A DNA stretch of 64,000 bases. Origin: Octopus vulgaris (Eukaryota). Both the position numbers and the translations under genes were made by a program. Location of the stretch: the NCBI GenBank assembly GCA_951406725.2, contig OX597821.1, positions 65,782,001-65,846,000 on the forward strand, given 5' to 3'. Each line of letters opens with the position of its first letter. The first letter of the stretch is position 1. A model generated the notes under the pieces. The model did no database searches. It was not told where the DNA came from and saw only the letters and a list, made by a program, of their open reading frames with translations. Shown piece after piece: positions 42,735 through 54,725 of this stretch.

Positions 42735-42784
42735 TTTGTCAAAGTATTTTCGTCGCTAAAATCCACGACCTGTTCACTGACAAA
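42735..42784 (-). ncRNA. Type I hammerhead-like motif with G3-C8 core, in a repeat at about 42595-42800
   Basis: TTTGTCA-GTGAACA-G-GTCG-loop-CGAC-GAAA-ATAC-TT-TGACAAA; 7-bp stem I, 4-bp stem II. Confidence 0.6.
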
Positions 42785-42823
42785 GTCCGTGCTGCATCTC
42801 TCTCTCTCTCTCTATATATATAT

Positions 42824-42854
<31 letters not shown>

Positions 42855-43189
42855 CATACAAACATATATATATATATATACATACATATATGCACATATA
42901 TATATATATATATATGTGGTGCTATTAAGTTAGTGGTGCTATATGTGGTGCTATTAAGTTAGACATGGCCTGGGCCAATAATGGCCGAAACCTATCAAAG
43001 TATCAAAGTATATATATATATATACACATATATACACATGCATATATATATTTATACATATACATATACACATGCATATATATATATACATATATATATA
43101 TGCACATGCATATATATATATATCGATCGTGGCTATATATATTTATACATATACATATGCACATGCATATATATATATATATATATCGA

Positions 43190-43395
43190 TCGTGGCCATT
43201 GCCAGCCTGCTCTGTCCCCTGTGCCAGTGGCACGTAAAAAGCACCCACTACACTCATGGACTGGTTGGCATTAGGAAGGGAATCCATCTGTAGAAACACT
43301 GCCAGATCAGACTGGCGCCTGGTACAGCCTCCTGGCTTCCTAGACCCCAGTCGAACCATCCAGCCCATGCTAGCATGAAAAACGAACGTTAAATA

Positions 43396-43426
<31 letters not shown>
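43190..43426 (+). mobile_element. RTE-LINE 3' UTR copy (family E)
   Basis: GTTGGCATTAGGAAGGG..ATCC...AACGTTAAA(TGA)n. Confidence 0.85.
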
Positions 43427-43427
<1 letters not shown>

Positions 43428-44160
43428 ATACGCACACAAGAAATTATTACCCAATATTCTGTATTGAGTTTCTTCTTATCAGATAATCTTGTAACAAACG
43501 TTAAGATAATCCTACAAATGCTTAACACGCATGTAAGTACTATAATACATATACATATATACAGGCAGACATATATGTATACGTGTGCATGTGCATATGT
43601 GTGTTAGTCGGCTGTTTAAAGAATAAGACTTTGGAAGATCAATTAGAGAATATTGAAGAGATTCTCCAACCACAATGGCACAATAGCGGTCAGCACTGTA
43701 AATGGTCTTTAAATATACTGGAAAACTCATAGAGAAATTGGTAGAAGTGATATTGCATTCTTTACTTAGAAATAGGATAGCTTATTTTAGTGTCTCTGTG
43801 GAAAGGTCAAGAGTACACTAGATTGGATGCCATAACATGCTGCCATGTCTGTCTGTGTGTCTGTCTGTCTCGTCTCTCCCGCCCTTTCTCTGTCTCCTTT
43901 TCTTTCCCAATATAATATAATTATATATGTGTGTGTGTATATATATAAATGTGTGTGTGTGTGTGTGTGTGTATGCACATACTTGTGTATATAATATATA
44001 TATGCCTGTGTATATATATGTATATACTATATATGTGTGTGTCTGTGCTCATATACATGTATGTGTATGTATATATTGTATATATATGAGCATGTGCATG
44101 TGTGTGTACACGTGTGTATATATGTGTGTGTGTGTATGTGTGTATGCACATACTTATGTA

Positions 44161-44197
<37 letters not shown>

Positions 44198-44296
44198 TAT
44201 ATAGATATGTATATAATATATATATGTAAATATATGTGTGTGTATATGTGCATGTATACATATATATACATGCATACATGCATGTATGTATGTATA

Positions 44297-44489
44297 CTCT
44301 TTTACTTGTTTCAGTCATTTGACTGTGGCCATGCTGGAGCACCACCTTTAGTTGAGCAAATAGACCCCAGGACTTATTCTTTGGAAGCCTAGTACTTATT
44401 CTACTGATCTCGTTTGCCGAACCGCTAAGTTACGGGGAACGTAAATACACCGCCATAGGTTGTCAAGTGATGTTGGGGTGACAAACACA

Positions 44490-44532
<43 letters not shown>

Positions 44533-44681
44533 GACAAGCTTCTTTCAGTTTCTGTCTACCAAATCCACTCACAAGGCTTTGGTCAGTCTGAGGCTATAGT
44601 AGAAGATGCTTGCCCAAGGTCCCACGCAGTGAGACTGAACCCGGAACAATGTGGTTGGTAAGCAAGCTACTTACCACACAA
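44297..44681 (-). mobile_element. SINE family A
   Basis: Reverse complement of family A. Confidence 0.85.
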
Positions 44682-45216
44682 CCAATCGTGAATGTTTATT
44701 TTTGATATACAATATTGAAACAATAGTAAACAATAGTTACCAGTTAGCAAAGCATCAGGTTTCTCTGCCCATCATCTCATCTTTGAAAAATTCCAAACAA
44801 ACACCACTTTGCCATCTTCATACAATTAAACCTTTATTTAGTGCTCTGACAAACACAGATTTACTCTAGTACTGCACCATAATTTGTAGGTAAATGACTA
44901 TGCCTTACATTGTATATCTATTTAGGTCTGTACTTATATAGGCATGCATGGTGGCATGTACAAGCATCCACTACACTCTCATGGTGGTTGGCGTTAGGAA
45001 GGGCATTCCAGCTGTAGAAACTTTGTCAGATCAGATCTTGCGTGGTGCAGCCTTCTGGCTCACCAGTCCTCAGTTAAACCGTCTAACCCATGCCAACATG
45101 GAAAGTGGACATTAAATGACAACGATGATGATGATATATATAAATATAAGGCGGCGAGATGATGATGATATATATAAATATAAGGCGGCGAGATGATGAT
45201 GATATATATAAATATA

Positions 45217-45449
45217 AGGCGGCGAGCTGGCAGAAACGTTAGCACGCCGGGCGACCTGCGTAGCCGTATTTCATCTGTCGTTACGTTCCGAGTTCAAATT
45301 CCGCCGAGGTCGACTTTGCCTTTCATCCTTTCGGGGTCGATAAATTAAGTACTAGTTACGCACTGGGATCGATGTAATCGACTTAATCCCTTTGTCTGTC
45401 CTTGTTTGTCCCCTCTGTGTTTAGCCCCTTGTGGGTAGTAAAGAAATAT
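45217..45449 (+). mobile_element. SINE B2, full length, young
   Basis: AGGCGGCGAGCTGGCAGAAACGTTAGCACG...GAGTTCAAATTC...GTAAAGAAATA; CpGs intact. Confidence 0.9.
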
Positions 45450-45615
45450 ATATATAAATATATATATATATATTCACATGTAGATTAAGTTAATATTTAA
45501 GTGTTGCATGTGTCCCTAACAGAAAGCTAAAGAAGCACAAAGAACATTCACTACCTGTGGATCTACTTCAGGAATTCCTCAGTATACGTTGAGTATATAA
45601 CAAATGATAGAGACA

Positions 45616-46464
45616 GAAAATGGAATACCTGGGTGACTTTGTTGCTCACAATGATTGTTTCGACATATCCTGCCTTGATCCTTCGCAGGTGGGAATCTAT
45701 ACAATTAGTTGCAGTGCATCCCTCAAAGCAGAAGCATTTCATCAGGTGATGTAATAAGAGGTACTTTGTTAAATGAACTCCCTTTTGTTTGAATTTAATA
45801 CATTATAATGTTGGTGTCTGTAGATTTCCGTCCGATAGCCTTAATCTACAGACACTAACCGGCGCAGAAGTGGCTGTGTGGTAAGAAGCTTGCTAACCAA
45901 CCACATGATTCCGGGTTCAGTCCCACTGCGTGGCATCTTGGGCAAGTGTCTTCTGCTATAGCCCCAGGCTGACCAATGCTTTGTGAGTGGATTTGGTAGA
46001 CAGAAACTGAAAGAAGCCTGTCATATATATGTATATATATATATGTATGTGTGTGTGTCTGTGTTTGTTCCCCGAGCATTGCTTGACAACTGATGCTGGT
46101 GTGTTTACGTCCCTGTCACTTAGCGGTTCGGCAAAAAGAGGCCGATAGAATAAGTACTGGGCTTACAAAAAGAATAAGTCCCGGGGTTGAGTTGCTCGAC
46201 TAAAGGCGGTGCTCCAGCATGGCCGCAGTCAAATGACTGAAACAAGTAAAAGAGTAAAAGAGAGAGTAAATAGAAACAACATGCTGTATTAAATCCGAGT
46301 GAAACAGAATTCATTTAATATGATACCTTTTATTTCATCATGCTTCTGCAAAACAAGGGATGCACCACAACTCATTATATTGTTTTCCACCCATGAGGGA
46401 TTGATGCAGGACATGTGTAAACATGATTGTTGTGAGCAATAAAGTATCCCATATATTCCATTTT
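45616..46464. mobile_element. Old long-TIR fold-back element interrupted by a SINE A (45861-46270)
   Basis: AAAATGGAATA..GGG..ACTTT.TTGCTCACAA...GTGCATCCCT is mirrored by AGGGATGCAC...TTGTGAGCAATAAAGTATCCC..TATTCCATTTT. Confidence 0.65.
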
Positions 46465-46509
46465 CCTTTTTTTTACACTTGTAGATTTATATGTGTGTAT
46501 ATACATTTA

Positions 46510-46742
46510 TATTTCTTTACTACCCACAAGGGGCTAAACACAGAGGAGACAAACAAGGACAGACAAAGAGATTAAGTCGATTGCATTGACCCAAGTGCGT
46601 AACTGGTACTTAATTTATCGACCCCGGAAGGATGAAAGGCAAAGTCGACCTCGGCGGAATTTGAACTCGGAACGTAACGGCAGACGAAATACGGCAACGC
46701 ATTTCGCCCGGTGTGCTAACGTTTCTGCCAGCTCGCCGCCTT
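46510..46742 (-). mobile_element. SINE B2, full length
   Basis: Reverse complement of 45217-45449. Confidence 0.9.
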
Positions 46743-47046
46743 CATATACATATACATATAGGCTTGCTACCTTCATATACATATACATATAGGTGTATAT
46801 ATATATGTGTATATGCATATATTAATATACGTATTTTTTTGCATATATATGCATATACATATATAAAGGGTAAAGACTTCCTTTGGGCATGAATGGCTAT
46901 GGGATTGCACCTAGAGGGTTACCCTCCAAGACACAGTTGTTTATGGCAAGGTTGTTTATGGAAGACCAGAAGTCGCTCATGCATATCAGTTCCCCGCCTC
47001 TACACTGGTGATGATATCCAAGTGAAAGGCAAAAGCTGATACAGTT

Positions 47047-47605
47047 TGGCACCAGTGATGTCACAACTTATTTCTACAGATGAGTGAACTGGCACCAGTG
47101 ACATCACAACTCATTTTTACTGATGAGTGAACTGGTGCTAGTGACGTCACAACTCATTTCTACAGATGAGTGAACTGGTGCCAGTGAAGTCACAACTCAT
47201 TTCTACAGATGAGTGAACTAGTGCCAGTGACATCACAACTCATTTCTACAGATGAGTGAACTGGTGCCAGTGAAGTCACAACTCATTTCTACAGATGAGT
47301 GAACTAGTGCCAGTGACATCACAACTCATTTCTACAGATGAGTGAACTGGTGCCAGTGAAGTCACAACTCATTTCTACAGATGAGTGAACTGGTGCTAGT
47401 GATGTCACAACTCATTTCTCCAGATGAGTGAACTAGTGCCAGTGACATCACAACTCATTTCTACAGATGAGTGAACTAGTGCCAGTGACATCACAACTCA
47501 TTTCTACAGATGAGTGAACTGGCACCAGTGACGTCACAACACATTTCTACAGTTTAGTGAACTGGTACCAGTGACGTCACAACTCATTTCTACAGATGAG
47601 TGAAC
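47047..47605. repeat. 13 x 43-bp minisatellite inside a minus-strand SINE C (46866-47672)
   Basis: Unit TGGCACCAGTGACATCACAACTCATTTCTACAGATGAGTGAAC at exact 43-bp spacing. Confidence 0.95.
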
Positions 47606-49397
47606 TGGAAGCTCAAGAACACAACACACAGCCCGGTCTGAGAATCAAACTCACTACCTCATGAATGTGAGCCTGATGTTGCACACGTGTATACATGTTG
47701 TATACAGAAATATATGTATTTGCCAGTACACACCCATTAGTACACACACAATAACCCCCCCCCCCTTCACACACAAAGAAAAACCACAAAGAGATACCTC
47801 TGTCAACTGACACTCTTAGTTGTAAACAGCAACTCGTCTCAGATCTCAAATGTTAGCCAGTCACAGAGTGAAGGTTGGTGTTAAGATGAATAACCTTTTG
47901 TGGTTGTGGGGAGGAAAAAAAACCCCTCCAAAACAATAAAAAACAAAACAAAATCTATCAAAATATCACAGTGATGACATTAATAATTCCCAAGAGATAC
48001 TGGTGACCTCATAAGTTTCCAAATTTGTCAAAGCATTTGAAGAATTTTTGTCTCATTGTTTTGTACTTTTCTTTTCTATGCAAGCATTGTTGGGGTGGCA
48101 TTGTTGTTTTGTATGAGTGTGTGAGGCTGTAGGAGTGTATGTGTGCATGAGTATGTGTATGAGTGTACATATGAATGCGTGAGTGTGTGAGTATATGTGT
48201 ATTAGTGTGTGTTTGTGAGTTTTCTGTTATTTCCTCATGGTTTCATCCAGAGGATGTGGCCACTTTGTGTGATGATGTAGAACAATATTTTATATCTTTC
48301 CTCTCCTACACTATAGTGGGGTGGGGATATTTTTAAATCAGAGACCTGGCCTGACTATTTGCAATAAAGTGGTCCTTGCCTCTGAAGGGCATCCAGGTTG
48401 CCAGGTATTAAACCAGGAAGTCAATGGGGTCTATCCCCAAATTAGGTCCACAAGAGAAAAACAAACAGCTACAAGAGTTGAAACTGTATCCCTCAAGCAC
48501 AATGAAAACAGAGTTGATTAGGGTAGGATTTGAACTCAGGATGCAGAAAACAGGAACAAATACCAACATGAATTCTATCCAATGACCTACATAATCTGCC
48601 AAACTTGGTCACCAGTCAACCATATAAAAGCTTTCTTTAACTATAGTCCAAGGTAGATTTACGTTTTGCGGACATGACCCTGGCCTTCATTAGCTCTCTC
48701 TCAGATCAATGAAATTGATGCCATTAATGCTGTAATATAGCTAGAAAGGACTAAGGAGGGGCAGTTCACTCCAGGTGATGCTTTTGTAGCAATGGCACTT
48801 TTGGGTCTGTTGTGTAAACAGGTATAGGCTTTGGGGCGTAGTGGAGGTGAAAAGGCACAAAACCAAGGGCAACACTGAGGTGGCACACACTCTGGTTATA
48901 TTTCTGTTCAACAGAAATTTGACAAAGCAGAATGAAACTGCTTTTTGGACTCAGCAGGAGGGCTGAATCATCGTCTCAAAATTTAATATAACTGTTCTTT
49001 TGTTTTTAAGTGGAGGTCATGGGCCTCTCCTTGTCTCTCCAGACCCCAACAACCACACTCTGAACCAGTGTATTAGCTGAACTCCTTTCTTATTGGTCCA
49101 TTTTGTAGATGAAATTGCATGGAAAGGAATTGAAAGTATCTGGGAATTAATGCATAAATGATGGACACTTAAAAGTGATGATAGCAGCAATTGGTCACTG
49201 ACTAAAACCATATTTTCCAGCTTACAAGTTGAATATTTTAGAGCAAAATATACCCCCCCACCCGCCAAAAAAAAAGGCAGGCTAACTTATGCATCAAGAC
49301 AACTTTAAAGGATCAAAAATTCTGTGTGAAATGCAGCAGGGTTTGGAAATATAGTGTCAATGTTTGAATGCTTATATTACACATAGGTGTGTACATA

Positions 49398-49576
49398 GGC
49401 GTAGAAGTGGCCGTGTGGTAAGTAGCTTGCTTATGAACCACATGGTTCTGGGTTCAGTTCCACTGTGTGGCACCTTGGGCAAGTGTCCTCTACTATAGCC
49501 TCAGGCTGACAAAAGCCTTATCAGTGGATTTGGTAGACGGAAACTGAAAGAAGCCCGTTGTATGTATGTGTGTATA

Positions 49577-49641
<65 letters not shown>

Positions 49642-49850
49642 TTGTGTGTCTGTGTTTGTCCCCCCCCAACATCGCTTCACAACCAATGCTGGTGTGTTTA
49701 TGTCCTGGTAACTTACCGGTTTGGCAAAAGAGACCGATAGAATAAGTACTAGGCTTACAAAGAATAAGTCCTGGGGTCGATTTGCTCGACTAAAGGCGGT
49801 GCTTCAGCATGGCCACAGTCAAATGACTGAAACAAATAAAAGAGTAAAAG
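49398..49850 (+). mobile_element. SINE family A, full length
   Basis: Head, expanded internal (TA)n, and tail. Confidence 0.9.
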
Positions 49851-51386
49851 GGTACACATTTATGTTATATGCTATGTTGATTTGTATGCCAGGATATATG
49901 GTACCTTAAATCACAGACACCAAACAATCACTGACCAACACTCTCTATAGCTTCCGTTGTTTCTTCTAGTTACTTTTACTGTAGTTATCACAATGACCAC
50001 GAAGGAGCTTTATGGCCTTGTAGTGCTGGCTTCATGATTAATAAGCTCATGGGTTTGATTCCTGGATTAAGTTGCACTTTGTGGCCTTGAACAAACCATT
50101 TCATTTTGCCCAGCCCCAGAACTACTCAGCTGAAATGAGGACCAGTGAAGTGCTCATCTACTCCCTTCTCTCTCTCTCCAGTTGTCACATCCAGAATATT
50201 TCACAAGGCTAACTGTCAGAAGGATGAGAGCTCAACCTGTTAGAAGAAATAGCAGCCAAATCACCCCCCTCCACCAGCAAACGATAGCATCTTGAACAAG
50301 GACGAAATTATTGGACAGTGTAGTCCAGGACGCCCCTAAAATGACAGAATGGTCATAACTTGATCACATGCTTACTCAATCAAGATTGATCTGGGACTAA
50401 ACACAAATGATAATGACATTGCTGATGCTCACCACAACTATGACCACCACCACCAATAACGACAATAACAATAACAAAAACAACAACAGCTACCCTGTTA
50501 TATAAAAACATGCAACTAAGTGCAACACCGTCCAATAGAAAAAAAACTTCTCTTATCTTGCCAACTTCCCAAATCTGTTATTTACTGGCTTAAGCCACCC
50601 TAACCCCTCTTAAATCCTAACTTAAATCAATCAGCTGAGTTTAAGCTCAATGAGGCTTGAATAATCAGCAATGTTAACTGAAAATTTCTCTCTTGGCAGG
50701 AATGTTCATTCAAGGAGGATGTTTCCAGCATGGAAACGAGTTTTGGATCTCATTATTTCTTATTGATTTTTGCATCGGAATTAAACTTTTCAGTTCTGCT
50801 AATACTTATTGTATAGGAAAGGGTTAAATACTTACATTCGCACACACACACACACAGACACATATATATGTATATATGTATATATGCATACATACGGGCA
50901 TATTTGTGTTTGTTTATGTATGTATTATGTATAAGGGGAAAGCGAAAGTAAATTCAGTTAAACATTGCAGTTGATTGGTAATTGAGAAAGGTTTCTTTCT
51001 TTGGAATAGTGAGTCATGATGAGAGAGAGAGAGAGAGAGAGTCTTGTGGGAAGCTCTTCATTCATTATGTAAGGGCTTGTGATGCTGCACACATGTATAC
51101 ATATACACACATACATACGCAATATATACATTCATATATATATACATATATACATCTATATATATATACATATGTATATAGATATATACATATATATATA
51201 TGTATATACACATGTGTACTTTCATATATATATATATACACATCTTTAGTCACATCCATATATATATATATTACATTTATACACTCACATATCTATATTT
51301 ACACAAATACATATAAGATAGGTAGATTGATAGATAGATAGATAAATACAGAGAGACAGAGTAAGATACAAAGTGAGAGAGAGAGG

Positions 51387-51434
<48 letters not shown>

Positions 51435-51969
51435 TAACATAGAGTGATGGATAAAACACACTGCTAGATAAGTAGACAGATAGATAGATTGGGATTTTCT
51501 CATTCAATTAATGAATCAGGAGGGATGTCAGTGTCCGGTGATAAGCTATTGATGGAAACAGGAAAAGAAATGGCTCAGCATTCCAAAGAATCTAATTGAA
51601 TTTTCTCTGCAGGATAAACCTTTTCCGATGAGGTTAGGTATTTAATTAAGTCCTCCCTCTATTTTTTTTTTATATATATAATTTTTCTTTTTCTTTCTTT
51701 CTTTCTTTTTTTTTTTTTTTTTTTTTTGAGATGCTTGTAGTCGAAGGAATGGATGCTGCATCAGTTGTTATGTTGCTCCATCATTTAGTTAACTGTATTC
51801 TTCAACTGGTCAAGCCGAAATGATCCCAATAATATACTGACTGGCTGTAAATGTGTTACTAAAATGTAAAGAGAGGGCAGCTTGCAGTGGCAGGTTGTAC
51901 TGGTTGCCAGGCAAATAATGTGTTAAGTGGTGAACCAATGAAAAAAAATGACCCAACATCATCATTTGA

Positions 51970-52445
51970 CCTGCTGCGAATAGCAGCCAAAATTCTCTCA
52001 AATCATATGCTACTCACTCCCTTAAATAAAGACAGGATATAATGTAATAAAAGATGGACTACACTGAAATGATGCTACAAACAGCAGCCAAAATTCCCTC
52101 AAATTATGCCCTACTCTCTTAAACAAAGAAGGCATACACTTTGCAGAAAGATGTACAATACAAAAAAGATGCTACAAATAGCAGCCAAAATTCCCTCAAA
52201 TTATGCCCTACTCTCTGACACAAAAAAAAGGGACACTCACTGTATAAAAAGATGTACTATACAGAAAAGATGCTAGGAATAGCAGCCAAAATCCTTTCAA
52301 ATTATTCCTTGCTCTCCTGAACAAAAAAAGGTATTCACTGTGCAGAAAGCGGACTATACAGAACAGATGCTAGGAATAGCAGCCAAAATTCCCTCAACTG
52401 ATGCATACTCTCTTAAGTAAGAAAGTGACAGACTGTACAAAAAGA
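51970..52445. repeat. Degenerate tandem repeat of about 100 bp, 5 units
   Basis: AGCAGCCAAAAT(T/C)C recurs at about 51982, 52083, 52180, 52281 and 52378. Confidence 0.8.
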
Positions 52446-53861
52446 CACAGAAAAAATGTGTACAATACACTGCAGATTTGGATAAAAAAGATGCTGCTGT
52501 CTTTCTTGCTAATGTTTAACTCAAGGTCAGTGCCAACTGAGCAGACCTATGATCAAAGGTATTTTAACTGTGTGGAAGGCTGTTGTGTGTGTGTGTGTCA
52601 TTGCGTTTGTCCCTTCCCCTACTGCTTGACACCCGGTGCTGGTTTGTCTACATCCCCATAGCTTAGCAGTTCAGCTGCTAAAGAGGCTGATTAAATAAGT
52701 ACCAGATATAAAACAGTAAGAGCTAGGATTAATTTGTTCAAGGAATCCCTTCAAAGTGGTGCTCCAGCATGGCCACAGTCCAATGACTGAAACAAGTGAA
52801 AGATAAAAATATAAATATAGGAAGCGCTATCAGACAATTTCTGGATGCACTTGAATGGTTATAGTTTTCACTGGAAGAGCATGTACATCTGAAGGCCATT
52901 GGTAGCTGATACACTGAATCAATCTATTAATACACGTCATCTTATTTACTTAAGTTCTTGAGGTTTTGCAACATTGCAAAAAATCCAACTCTGTAGATTT
53001 TTTGTCTTTTTCTTTGTTTTGTTTATTTTTTTTCTTACAATGCCTGACAAATTGAAGCAATGAGCTTGTGTTATATTTTGTGTATGACGCTTAAGAAATC
53101 TGCTAGTGAGACACTTAAAATGTTTTAACAGGATTTTGGCAAACATTCTTCAGGTCAAACACAGGTATTTTATTAGTATTATGCGGATTTCAAGGTTGGT
53201 CACATAACAGTTGAAAATGAATAGCATTCAGAAAGACCAATAACGAGCAAGTCACCAGAAAATGTAAAGTAAAATGAACTGTGAAATCATTTATAAGGAT
53301 TTTGGACGAATAATCCATCAGCTGTTTTCGCACAACTGGAATCAGTTAGGATTTCCACCAAGAAATTTTTGTGGAAAACTTGGACTGGTTTTGCAATTAT
53401 TTTTAATAAAGAACAAAAATATGACAGTCATTTCATTTTCCTCCATACTTGCAAAATCTTATCCATCTCAGAGTTTGCTGTGTTTTCCAAAATTAAATTT
53501 TGACATCATAGATTATTAACAATTTTACAGCAGAAATCAGATTTATCCACTCAAAATTTCAATACCTTTGACTGCAGAAAGCAGTTTTATATACCGAAAG
53601 ATATCATGCTTCAAATTATTTTTTGTTGAGGTATGTCATGTTTATTAATGCAATATGGATTGCAGAAAATATTAATTCTAATTTTGGTAGATACAGGGTG
53701 GGGTAGAAAAGACGGACGTTTTTGAAATGGCTATTACTCAGCCATAGGGGAGGGACATGTGTCCAACAGGTACATTGATAGGGAAGAAATTATATACACT
53801 TCATCTTGCAGTTATCATACTTTTTACCTAAACACGCACATATACATGGATATAATATTAA

Positions 53862-54080
53862 CCCTTTAGTATTTAAACCGGCCATATCCGGCCAAAATAT
53901 TTAATCTGTTTTATGCTCAAACTGACCAGATCCAGGCTCTCACACCTACCCTACAATGTTATTCTACATTAAGTAATTACACCATGAAGATCTTGAAGAT
54001 ATGAGATAATGCATGATTAATTCAAATAAATGGGAATCAATAGGCATTATATTTGATTGAATAATCTGAACACTAAAGGG
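53862..54080. mobile_element. piggyBac-type MITE
   Basis: TTAA on both sides; TIRs CCCTTTAGT / ACTAAAGGG. Confidence 0.8.
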
Positions 54081-54351
54081 TTAAATATATTTAAAACATA
54101 TGGGCTGTTTACGGAGTCTTCATAGAGAGCCAATGCCAAAAGAAAATAGGGTAGCGAAAACTGAAAAAGTAAATCTTAGCCTGTTAAACAGATTCCTGAA
54201 TGCATAAATCATGAGTGTACATGCATGATTTGTGCTGAGGTGTATAAACCATATATGATTCAACTACTTTGATTGAATGTTTTCATTTATGTGTTCGGGA
54301 ATCTGACTGCTTAAGATTTGCATTTTCAATTTTCTCATACATGTATATACA

Positions 54352-54725
54352 TCACCATCATCATCATCATCATTTAACGTCCACTTTCCATGCTAGCATG
54401 GGTTGGACGATTTGAGTGAGGTCTGGCAAACCAGACTCCAATCTGATCTGGCAGAGTTTCTACAGCTGGATGCCCTTCCTAATGCCAACCACTCCGAGAG
54501 TGTAGTGGATGCTTTTACGTGCCACCGGCACGAGGGCCAGTTTGGTGGTACTGGCAATGGCCACACCCAAATGTGGAGTAGTTGGCGTTAGGAAAGGCAT
54601 CCAGCTGTAGAAATACTGCCAGATTAGACTGGAGCCTGGTGCAGCTGCCTGGCTTCCCAAACCCCAGCTGAACTGTCCAACCCATGCCAGCATGGAAAAC
54701 GGACGTTAAACGATTATGATGATGA
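54352..54725. mobile_element. Two family E (RTE 3' UTR) copies fused head-to-head
   Basis: (CAT)n-TTTAACGTCC at the left, GGACGTTAAACGAT(TAT/GAT)n at the right; arms of about 150 bp are complementary. Confidence 0.85.

Noticed and set aside
47047-47605. CRISPR-like appearance (regular palindromic repeats containing TTTCTAC)
   Set aside because: Units are contiguous with no unique spacers, derive from a SINE interior, and there are no cas genes; eukaryotic context
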